From Puniceicoccaceae bacterium (GTDB lineage: Bacteria > Verrucomicrobiota > Verrucomicrobiia > Opitutales > Oceanipulchritudinaceae), in assembly GCA_040830765.1 (NCBI GenBank), contig JBFOMH010000005.1:288001-352000 (forward strand): 64,000 nt of DNA. Direction: 5' to 3'. This document shows positions 52,301-60,600 of the stretch, piece after piece; the stretch's first letter is position 1; each line of letters starts with the position of its first letter. Under the pieces are notes generated by a model. That model made no database searches. It saw only the letters and a list, made by a program, of their open reading frames with translations, and had not been told where the DNA came from. The position numbers were made by a program, and so were the translations under genes.

Positions 52301-52901
52301 AATTGTTGATCTGACCTATGATGACCGGACCCCGTGGCCGATCACCCCTGATGGTTATGGGCCGTCCATGGTCCTTGTTCAACCGGGACACCGCGATCCG
52401 ACAATGGGATGGAACTGGCGGGCCAGCGTGGATACCGGCGGCACCCCGGGAGCGGATGCAGCCTACCTGACTTACGAGGACTGGGCGGATACCTACTTCC
52501 ATCCGGATGATCCCGGTTACCCGCTCATCAAGGAACCCGAGCAGGATCCAGACCAGGATGGCATGACCAATCTGGAGGAACTTTTCTTCGGCACCGATCC
52601 CGGCATACCCACATTCGGAACCGGTGGGATCCAGATGGGAATTGAATCCGTCGATACGGGAACCGGACCTCGTCCGCATATAGTGGTCACGCTTGAGTTC
52701 AATCGCCTTGCCGAAGAGGTCTACTTCTTCCTTATGGCCTCCACGGACCTATCCTCCTGGAGTGACTCCGGCTTCGTCCTTTATGGCGTGCCACAGGTTC
52801 TTCCCGGAGGCAGTGAGATCCACCGGTACCGGTCCATTTTGCCCCTTGAAGGGTCCCTTGAACGGCTCTTCTTCCAACTGTCGCTTGAGCTGAACAACTA
52901 A
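49308..52901 (+). CDS. Secreted CotH kinase-like protein with lamin-tail and CHB_HEX_C-like domains
   Basis: VIISEF...DWIELRN...LSDD (LTD); IIYTTDGSEP; HLFLNGLYWGIYTLHERP, DWPQHNW, SWDAE, ESARWGD (CotH); second LTD LVISEIHYHP; C-terminal DPDQDGMTNLEE..GTDP...STDLSSW. Confidence 0.85.
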   Translation: MHSKTPFASLLIVLLLCSTSLLGNVIISEFDATNCGTASDEDGSERDWIELRNTGGSSVNLAGWALSDDATDPGKWIFPSTTLASGQHLLVFASDKNWQLSGYELHTNFKLAGNGGDILLSRPDGAGGWIAEHTILAYPPQLPLVTYGYANGDGTGSLGFIETPTPGTLNGPDIVQAFVSDTDFDQTRGYYNTPFNLTITSATPGAHIIYTTDGSEPSMNNGTLVPAASEQLQPVAIIPITTTTIVRARAMKAGLGSTNIDTHTYLFAADVLNQSGADISQPYADWGHSGPDWDMDPVVTTHSNPEDRCVPEDLMTIPAVSVVMNWNDLFGTEGPGIYIEGEGVPKRASFELLNPDGNDADPNLSPAEHGRGVALVFGGSSTGKRWKTDKLSLRFNFWQDFDSNVLGPGATGSYDRLVLDARLNQVWTQSQNFEQRQFADYARDAVLSDLENSIGRAGVHSQHVHLFLNGLYWGIYTLHERPDNHFAADYLGGSKDDYDVVKHGPDAPNFLVDGLRINPAAPISNSNYTAGVNYLNMVSLTQPDLSQPANYAALAQVLDIPALVDHMLLNFYGGNYDWPQHNWYATYNRKDPEGKWRFHSWDAEHVFKYVDYPRYDNETTKFEGWDRPDGIHLQLLDSPEYRFLFADTAHKYLFNDGAFAVTKVWALFENRFDDIDEAIRAESARWGDSGQQNIDPSNPLYQERHLRYSNIPSSVPSSWVGRSDTTDFASWWHERERIRTKILGPEPNRRTRFIGQLRNAVYNEDHPLGNQPNPLYPMTDAPVFGQHGGIVEPGYALTMANPNSGGIIYFTTDGSDPREPYSDTGTFFSGAVNSTATAYAGAVSLDATTRVKARVLNNGEWSALNEAVFNISGTTTVPASAANLVISEIHYHPSDASLDELNAGFTDDGEFEYFEVLNFSNQTVSLLGLSVEQGLDIATSIGDIEELAPGAYAVYVANPAAFAYRYGQGHPIAGRFAFDTSLNNGGERLHLLDALGSTIVDLTYDDRTPWPITPDGYGPSMVLVQPGHRDPTMGWNWRASVDTGGTPGADAAYLTYEDWADTYFHPDDPGYPLIKEPEQDPDQDGMTNLEELFFGTDPGIPTFGTGGIQMGIESVDTGTGPRPHIVVTLEFNRLAEEVYFFLMASTDLSSWSDSGFVLYGVPQVLPGGSEIHRYRSILPLEGSLERLFFQLSLELNN

Positions 52902-52926
52902 AGTCCGGTATAGATTCCGGAAAATA

Positions 52927-52958
52927 GAAAATCCCGTCTCGAATGAGACGGGATTTTC
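52927..52958. terminator. Hairpin terminator between the CotH-like gene and tRNA
   Basis: GAAAATCCCGTCTC-GAAT-GAGACGGGATTTTC. Confidence 0.8.
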
Positions 52959-52965
52959 GGTAAAG

Positions 52966-53042
<77 letters not shown>

Positions 53043-53062
53043 TTTGGGTAATTGAGACAGTG

Positions 53063-53090
53063 AAGCTACTTAGGCTCATTGCTCCGTCAA
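53063..53090 (-). promoter_or_regulatory. Sigma70-like promoter of tRNA-Asp
   Basis: TTGACG-N16-TAGCTT about 20 nt upstream of the tRNA. Confidence 0.55.
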
Positions 53091-53161
53091 GCGTTTAATG
53101 GCAAAAAAAATGGCTAAAACCGCGGTTTGTTCCAAGGCACTTGCCGGGCAAGGGTGTCAGG

Positions 53162-54202
53162 ATGTCGACAACGCCTCCAAAAGCGTCTCCAAGAGGACCG
53201 GGACGACCCCGAAGATCCTGGCGCAAGGGTTTGCTGGTAGGCGGGTTGGCACTGGCCTTACAGGGAGGAATATTGGGTTTGGCCCTGGTGATTGGAGTCT
53301 TGAGCCCGCCCGCCCCGAAGGAAGCGAAACTGCGGCTCCCGGAAGGCTCCCCCAGCCTTCTGCGGGAGCGTCAACAGGCGGCGGAAGCGCAATTGGCCAA
53401 GTTGAACCGGATGCAGGCGGACAGCCTCCAGCAACTGATGGAGCCGGTCATTGAATCCACACTGGCGGAGATCCCGGTCAATCGGCCCCAATTATCGGAA
53501 TCCTTCCAGGCGATGGGCGCAATGTTACCGACGGCCAATCTCTTCAGCAATCAAATGGGAGCAATGATGGATGGCTTGGACAACAATGACCTCCCCCAGC
53601 CGGAACCCGTTGATTTTCTTGGGGAAACCCTCAATGCCAAACGGATGGTGCTGCTCCTGGATGTATCTGGCTCAGTGAAGAGCAAAATGGAGCAGGCGGG
53701 CGTCTCCATGGAGGCCCTGCGCCAGGAAATGGTCCGCTTTGTCGACCAACTGGGTCCAAATCACCTCTTCGGCATTATCCAGTTCACCCGCAACTGGCAG
53801 GTCTTCCGGGAGGAACTTGTTCCAGCTACGGAAAGCATACAGGAAGAGGCTCTGGGTTGGATTAACCGTTCCTTCCGCACCACGGGCACAGCCGGCCGCA
53901 ACTGGACCCGCGGTTCCCCGAACGGGATCGAGGGCGTGCTGGCAGCAGCCTTTGCCATGGACATCCAGATCGATGAAATCTTTCTCGTGAGTGACGGTGA
54001 CTTCCAAAGAACCCCACCCGGTGGAGGCGGACAAGATGTCCCATGGGCACAACTACGGGATCACACCCGCCGCCTGAAGGAGAATTCCATTGGGGAGACT
54101 CGGCTGCGGGTCCTTTGTTACTATCCGCCACAAGGCGCCCTTCCCGACCTCAAGGCATGGGTCCGGGAAAACGGGAACGGGACCCTGCGGGTGGTTCAAT
54201 GA
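53162..54202 (+). CDS. Membrane-anchored vWA-domain protein
   Basis: N-terminal TM, helical linker, LLLDVSGS (MIDAS DxSxS), FGIIQF, IFLVSDG. Confidence 0.8.
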   Translation: MSTTPPKASPRGPGRPRRSWRKGLLVGGLALALQGGILGLALVIGVLSPPAPKEAKLRLPEGSPSLLRERQQAAEAQLAKLNRMQADSLQQLMEPVIESTLAEIPVNRPQLSESFQAMGAMLPTANLFSNQMGAMMDGLDNNDLPQPEPVDFLGETLNAKRMVLLLDVSGSVKSKMEQAGVSMEALRQEMVRFVDQLGPNHLFGIIQFTRNWQVFREELVPATESIQEEALGWINRSFRTTGTAGRNWTRGSPNGIEGVLAAAFAMDIQIDEIFLVSDGDFQRTPPGGGGQDVPWAQLRDHTRRLKENSIGETRLRVLCYYPPQGALPDLKAWVRENGNGTLRVVQ

Positions 54203-54244
54203 GGCGGAAGCTGTCCTTGCCAAGGCAGGGAGAGCTTGGCATCA

Positions 54245-55339
54245 ATGTTGAGCGTGAAACCATGGGACTGGCAGATTTGGCAAACCTTATTCCTTCTCGT
54301 TGTCCTGATACTGCCAGGAGTGCTCGTTGCCGGGGAGACCTGGACCGTTGGAAGCACCCACTACGAAAATGTGCGGATCCAGGAAGTCACTCCGGCCACG
54401 GTTCGTATTTTCCACAGCAAGGGCATTACCCAGTTTGACCTTGCTGACTTGCCCGTCGAGTTGCGGGAACGATTCGGTTACAAGGAGGACGCCGCCTTGA
54501 AATGGCGGGAAGAAGACGTGGAACGGATTGAGCGTGAGGCAGCTGCGGCAAGAGCGGAACAGGAGGCATGGAAAAGAAGTAATCCACGGCCTGCCGGCCG
54601 ATTAAGCACCTCACGGGCTGATCAAAAGCCGACAGCGCCCGAGGAGGTCGTCTTCCACAAGGAAAAGGACCTCCGACCCTTGTATCGGGAGATGGGACTG
54701 TTTACCAAAGACCAGGGGCGTCGTCCCAGCTGCACAATCTTTGCACTAGTCAGTGCATTGGAATTTGAGCAGGGCCGGTTAACCGGGCAGGCCGAGCGCC
54801 TTTCCGAGGAATTCCTGATCTGGGCAACGCTTCAACTGCATCCGGGGATCCCGCTAGATACCGCCTTCAACTTTGCCGAGGTCTTTGCCGCCCTGCAGAC
54901 CTATGGAGTCCCCACCCATGCGGAGATGCCCAACACTTTCGGCAAGAGCATGGGGGAGATTGAGCCCAGCGAAAGTGTCATTGAATCGGCTGCCGATAGA
55001 CGGGGCGCCATTCCGGTCTGGTTCCGGGCGGATGATCCCCACCTCATTGAGCGGCTGGTCGGTGCCCTGAACCAGGAAAAGCCGGTCGTTGTTGCCGTCC
55101 GCTGGCCCAACTGGCGCACCCTCAACCGGACCTTTCTCCTCAGTGCCCAAAAGCCGATGGAAGACGCGGCCCATGCGGTCACCCTGGTCGGCTACCGCAA
55201 TCCGACCGGAAACCCCGATGCCACAACGTTCATTTTCCGCAACTCCTACGGCATCCAGTGGGGAAATGCCGGGTGCGGGTTTATCCGGGCAGCTTACCTG
55301 AAGGAGAATCTCCTCGGGGCGTTCTTTATGCGGCTCTGA
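54245..55339 (+). CDS. Exported papain-like (C1) cysteine peptidase
   Basis: KDQGRRPSCTIFA (Gln/Cys), LSEEF, HAVTLVGY (His), FRNSYG..WG..G.G (Asn); signal peptide and ~100-aa N-terminal module. Confidence 0.88.
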   Translation: MLSVKPWDWQIWQTLFLLVVLILPGVLVAGETWTVGSTHYENVRIQEVTPATVRIFHSKGITQFDLADLPVELRERFGYKEDAALKWREEDVERIEREAAAARAEQEAWKRSNPRPAGRLSTSRADQKPTAPEEVVFHKEKDLRPLYREMGLFTKDQGRRPSCTIFALVSALEFEQGRLTGQAERLSEEFLIWATLQLHPGIPLDTAFNFAEVFAALQTYGVPTHAEMPNTFGKSMGEIEPSESVIESAADRRGAIPVWFRADDPHLIERLVGALNQEKPVVVAVRWPNWRTLNRTFLLSAQKPMEDAAHAVTLVGYRNPTGNPDATTFIFRNSYGIQWGNAGCGFIRAAYLKENLLGAFFMRL

Positions 55340-55347
55340 ACAGGTCC

Positions 55348-56460
55348 TTAGCGGAGGACGTAAATCCAGGCGCCGGGGGCCGAGGCCTCTGGTTCAGGGA
55401 AGTAGAGCCATCCGCTCAGGGTAAGCGAATAGACCCAGGGTGATTCCGTGACCTCAAGCCAACCAAGCCAGCTCCCGGTATCGACATAGCCATCAACCTT
55501 TGGCAAGCCGCCCCAGGTATCGCCACCTCCATTTCCGGAAGCGATGTAAACGATCCCGGAAGCACCCACTGCAACCCGACTGCTATCACCGACCGCCATT
55601 TCGCTCATGTCGGCAACATTTCCACTGGCAACGGAATCGACCGTCCAGGTGGCCCCGCTATCAGTGGAAGTCAAGAGTGCGTTGGCCCCGGTGGCATAAA
55701 GAGTCGTCGGCGTGGAAGGATCCATGTCGATGTCGGAAATGTAGGTATTGACACTGTTTTCAATAACAACCGGGTTCATCGGGGCGGTTGGATCCGTGGT
55801 CAGTTCGAATATGGCTCCTTTGCGGGTACTGAAATTGCCCGGCTCCTCAAAGAGTGTTCCGTAGACTAAGGCATTGGAGCCCAGTTGGATCCCGCCCAGC
55901 AGCCATAAGCCGGAATTATCAACCGCCACTGTGAAATCGGTCCCGTCGGCGGATGTCCGGATGCTCGATTCCGGGCCGCCTCCGTAAACGTAGTAGGTTC
56001 CCTCGTACAAGAAAGCGTCACTGTAGTTGTTGTTGCCCGGTAATTTTGTGTAGATGAGCTTTCCGTCCCCATCAAGGACGATATCTGCCCCACCGTCGGT
56101 AAAGGGAAAGGAAAAGTTTCCGGCGATGTCCGTCCAGGTCTCACCGCCGTCAGTCGATTCATAGAGGAAGTCGCCGGCTCCACCACGTCCAGTCGCCCAG
56201 AAGGCCATCGTGCTACCGTTGGAGCCGTACTCCACGTCCTCGATGATCCAGCCAGTGTTTAGCACCTGGGTAAAACTCTGGCCCCCATCCGTTGACCGGG
56301 CGATCCGGCCAAATCCATTGACCGCAATGAAAACCCCGTCGCCATAGGCCACACTGTTCCATGAATTGAGCAGTCCGAAAGTATCGGATGCCTGCCAGGC
56401 CTCCTGCGCGGAGACAGCAGCGAGTGATAACAACATGAAGAGAGAAGAGACAACTTTCAT
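55348..56460 (-). CDS. Secreted BNR/Asp-box beta-propeller with Trp-rich C-terminal domain
   Basis: Signal peptide (VSA|Q); STDGGQSF, STDGGETW, SADGTDF, STDSGATW Asp-boxes; tail TWGG...DTGSWLGWLEV...PWVYS...GWLY...GAWIYV. Confidence 0.8.
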   Translation of the reverse strand: MKVVSSLFMLLSLAAVSAQEAWQASDTFGLLNSWNSVAYGDGVFIAVNGFGRIARSTDGGQSFTQVLNTGWIIEDVEYGSNGSTMAFWATGRGGAGDFLYESTDGGETWTDIAGNFSFPFTDGGADIVLDGDGKLIYTKLPGNNNYSDAFLYEGTYYVYGGGPESSIRTSADGTDFTVAVDNSGLWLLGGIQLGSNALVYGTLFEEPGNFSTRKGAIFELTTDPTAPMNPVVIENSVNTYISDIDMDPSTPTTLYATGANALLTSTDSGATWTVDSVASGNVADMSEMAVGDSSRVAVGASGIVYIASGNGGGDTWGGLPKVDGYVDTGSWLGWLEVTESPWVYSLTLSGWLYFPEPEASAPGAWIYVLR

Positions 56461-56521
56461 GAGGTCGAAGATAAGAAATCTCAAGCCGTGTCAAGCGACT
56501 TGTGCCCAAATTCTGGTTACA

Positions 56522-57382
56522 CTAGACACCCTGCCGGCGGATGTATTCACAGGAGGCCGGTTGACCGTCCTTGTCCTTGAACAACTTGTCATATTCCGGT
56601 CCGGGAAGGATGGTTGACTGGCTGGCCCGAAAATGGAACTGGAGCGCCCGGCGGCGATGTGCGGATCGGTTGGGCGGGGTCTCGTGCGGTATCATTCCGG
56701 AAAAGAAAAGGGCACTACCCGGCTTCAAGGGGACCGGCACCAAGGTCGACAAATCGAGTTTCCTGACATGGATCTCACAATCCCGCTTGTGTTCGTGCTT
56801 CAATGGCCCCTGATGATGCTGCCCTCGCGGCATGTGCATGCAGCCGTTCTGGACGGTTGCCTCGTCCACCGCGATCCAGACACCGCAAACCGCATTGAGC
56901 GGACTGACGGAAAAATAGGCACTGTCCTGATGCCATGGCTTGGTCGCTCCGATCTTTGGTGGCTTGATCAAGGCCATATCCTGAAACAACAGAATTGAGT
57001 CCTCAAGTAACGCAGATGCAGTGCGGGCGATGGGGCTTTCCCCTGAAAGCATATCCCGGAATACCGGTTCCTCATCAGCAAAATACATGAACTTCCGCAC
57101 CTGCAATTCAAGGGCCTCAGGATCATCCAGCCTGGGTTCCTCCCCTGCTTCAAACTGGATAAAGAACTGGCTGTCACGCTTCCGCACCATCGTCCCTCCC
57201 CCAATGCTGCCTGCGGTACCGGGCACCAGGTCAGCCAGGGACCGGTCCGGCCCATACTTGCGGACCATCCGGCTCAGCGCCTCCTTCACCTCTTCAATTT
57301 GTTCCGGAGAAAGGACGCCCTCCCTGACGATGTAGCCATCTGTCAGGTAGGCCTGCTTTTCCTCTTCGGTGACCAGTTCCAT
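56522..57382 (-). CDS. Phytanoyl-CoA dioxygenase family Fe(II)/2OG oxygenase
   Basis: Y..DGYIV, KPP, PWHQDSAY (HxD), WIAVDEAT.QNGC, HETPPNRS..RR. Confidence 0.9.
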   Translation of the reverse strand: MELVTEEEKQAYLTDGYIVREGVLSPEQIEEVKEALSRMVRKYGPDRSLADLVPGTAGSIGGGTMVRKRDSQFFIQFEAGEEPRLDDPEALELQVRKFMYFADEEPVFRDMLSGESPIARTASALLEDSILLFQDMALIKPPKIGATKPWHQDSAYFSVSPLNAVCGVWIAVDEATVQNGCMHMPRGQHHQGPLKHEHKRDCEIHVRKLDLSTLVPVPLKPGSALFFSGMIPHETPPNRSAHRRRALQFHFRASQSTILPGPEYDKLFKDKDGQPASCEYIRRQGV

Positions 57383-57555
57383 GAAATACCAGCATGGGAA
57401 TATTGCCTCCAATATCCATTCATTTTTCCAACCCCTCATCCAGTGGGCCAATTCCAGGATAATTACACCTTCGCTCTACTTTCTCAAAATGACTCCAGAA
57501 GTCCGCCCGTCTGTTACATGTGTGCAAATTTACCATCCCATGAGTCCGATACGGC

Positions 57556-57626
57556 TTGACCGCCAACAGCCTCGGAGCTATAGATTTATTTATAGAGGCA
57601 ATTAGATGCACTAATCTTATGCCTCT
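57556..57626 (+). promoter_or_regulatory. Sigma70-like promoter and leader hairpin of the giant-protein operon
   Basis: TTGACC-N17-TATAGA (57556-57584); hairpin AGAGGCA-ATTAG-atgca-CTAAT-ctta-TGCCTCT (57594-57626). Confidence 0.55.
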
Positions 57627-57655
57627 GCCCAACGCAACCTTCTCTTTCTCACCGT

Positions 57656-60600
57656 TTGATGCCCAAAGGCTTTAGGATCCCGGGAATCGGGCTGATTCGT
57701 GCGCGAATTGGCGCATTACTGCTATGCGCAGTAGCCCTGGCTGGCCCCTTGGAGGCCAACCTGACCCAATCGCTGCAAAACTTCAGCATAAGCGGACCTA
57801 ACGGCTACCTGATTGATGCGGACGGCAATAACTTCCTCTTCTACTACAACCGGGACGCCATCCGGGCAGCGGTTGAGATGGAGTACAGCCGATCCGGCGG
57901 AAGTCCCTATCATTACGAGTACCGCTTTGATTTCCAATTGCTGAACAGCGATGGCGTTGCCCAGACACTTAAGAGCGGAGGCACCACCCTCTCGGTCTGG
58001 GAGGATGTGGACATGACGGTCGGGGATACCACCATCCAGCGGACAACCACTGGCAACCTCCGGCCGGCGGCCCAACTGGATCCCTATGATGAATACCGGG
58101 TCAGCGTGCAGGTTTTCAGGCGAGTAGCCCCGAATGGCGTCATTACCAATACATTCATCAGTTCGGAGACCGCTCCTGAGCAATTCATCCACTTCAACCA
58201 GCTGACCAGTCCGGATGCCCCCTACAATGTCATTAGCGAAGTGGAATCTGTCTTCTGGAACCGCACCTACCGCGTCCAGACTGAGCCGGCCCGGGACCAT
58301 TTCCGGGTAACCGCCTTTGTCCGTCTGCACCGCTACGATGATTTCACCGAGGCGGTTTCCTCGGATGAAATCACGACCCGGCTCAGCGTCACCCTCAGGG
58401 ACGACCAAGGCAACAGTGTCCCGCTGGAGCAATCGGTCTTTGAATTCACCAATGACCTGGCCACCTATTCCCAGGGCAACGCCCAGATCTTTATTCCCAA
58501 CGCACCCGCAACCGTCCTTTCCCAGCGGGTGATGGAGATTGTCCCCAGCGTGCAACTGGAGTCCCGCGCCCGTACCTACAAGATTGAGGTCACCGTCGGG
58601 CACTACGAATCAGCCGGAGCTAATCTGCCCCTTGCTGGCAATAACCTTGATACGGCAAACACCCGCCTCCTCGATTTCAATGGAACCATTGCCTTCCACG
58701 GGGCGGAAGGGACCTTTACCAGCACGACAACTCCCGGTCCGTCCGAGGACGGCCTGGGCGCGGACTACATCCAGACGACCCTGCGCATCAACAACAACAG
58801 TGGCAGCTTCAAGGGTATGATATTCGGCAATGGCGACCCGCTTCCAGTTGAATTGCGTGATGATGGTGTCGCTACACTCTCCGGTGGCTTTATCGCTCTC
58901 AACGGAACCGGCATCCCCGAGCAACCGGGCAAGATCGCCTTTACCATATCCACCCTGGTGGCCACGCCGACGGACCTGACCGGTACCGTCAACATGCAGC
59001 TTCCGTCGGGATTCGGGGTGGGCGTGGATGCCAATACCCGCATTCATGAGCCGAACATCTTTTTCTTTAACGTCGATCTCGGGCCGGACCTTGTGCCTAC
59101 GTCGGAGACCCTGGACGACACCCAGCTTCGCTGGGCGGCCGAGGAGTCCAAGCCCCTGATATTTGAAATTGGCTCGCTCTCTTGGGATGTTCAACAGGAT
59201 CGCATCCGCCTCTCCCCGACCGGGCAGATCGTCTACACCCGCGGCAAGGCCTATGACACGCTGCTCGGCGATGCTCTCGTTCCAGCAGGCAAGCGCTTCA
59301 AGCTCGGCAATGATGCTTACTACTGGAAGGTCGCCGGGATTGATTCCGCCGAGGTCCTTATTGAACCGCATCCGCAGAACTGCTCAGCCATGTTGACCAT
59401 GGACCTTAGCCTCGGTGGCACATTATATCGCGGGCACTTCCCCTATAACGCGCTTATCAGCGCCAACAAGGGATCCCAGCGCATTATCCAGGACATGGTG
59501 GATCCCGCCTATGGTGGACTCGAGGGGGTGACGTCGGTCGATGTCAATTACGCCCGCGACTGCCCGGAGGGCGATTGCGGAGGCGAAGTCGGGGTGGAGA
59601 CACTAACCTTCCTGCCGGACAATGACTTCCTCAACTTCACCCGCGATGGAGGCTTATCCGCCACGGGTGTCATGAACGCGCCGACCACCCTGAACTGGGG
59701 CTGGGTCAGTGCGGTCGGTGATTACGCTCAGAAGGCTTCCGAGTTTATAGATTCAGGATTTCTTGCCAGTGGCATCTTTATGTCTGGGTCGCAGTACAAC
59801 AGTGACAGCAACAACCAGCCCGCCCGGATGCTGTTGACCGGTATCGATCCCAACCAGACAGACGTCGTCGAGCGGCCTGCAACGGCCGCCTACACGGCCG
59901 GCCTGGGCGACTATCCGGGATTGAATTTCCGCGTTGTGTCGAACGGAGCACAGGACGGCGAGATGGTCCTGGCCGGACAGGCCTCGGACCCATTCCCGCT
60001 GACTGACCGGGCCAAGTACTACGTCCGCTACGCCGGGATCACCGGCATCCATGAAGCCATCAATGGCCAGTTCAATCCGACCGCGGTCATCTACGGGATG
60101 GACTTCACCTTTACCACCCTCGGCTGGGCCTACATGGACAGCGAGGCTGTGGACAGCCGGACAGCCGGTGAACTTTCCGTCCCCTACCCGTCTGATTTCG
60201 ATCTCGCCTTCGACAAGCTGATGATCAGTTGCCAGGGAGCGCTCCTTGGTGCGGACATCGCCGCCTCCGATGCCAACGTCCTCAAGAAGCTCGCCTACTG
60301 GAATGCCGACTTCCTGCCACTCTCACTCAACTTCGAGGGCAAGGATGCCGATTTCTGTGATCCCTCCCAGCGCCGGCTCGTCCTCGGCGTGGAAGCCTAT
60401 GCGGGAGGCATTCCACAACCGCTCTCCGGACGCTTCGGCTTCCAGACCAACGGCAACCTCATCACCCTTGCCTCGGGTGACCTCGACCCGCCCTTTGATT
60501 CGCGCCTCGCCCTGCCCAACAGCTTTGATATCGCCGGCCCGGAGAATACGGACTACCGCGCCACTCCGGTCGGGGATGCCTACCTCAATGACTACGACGT

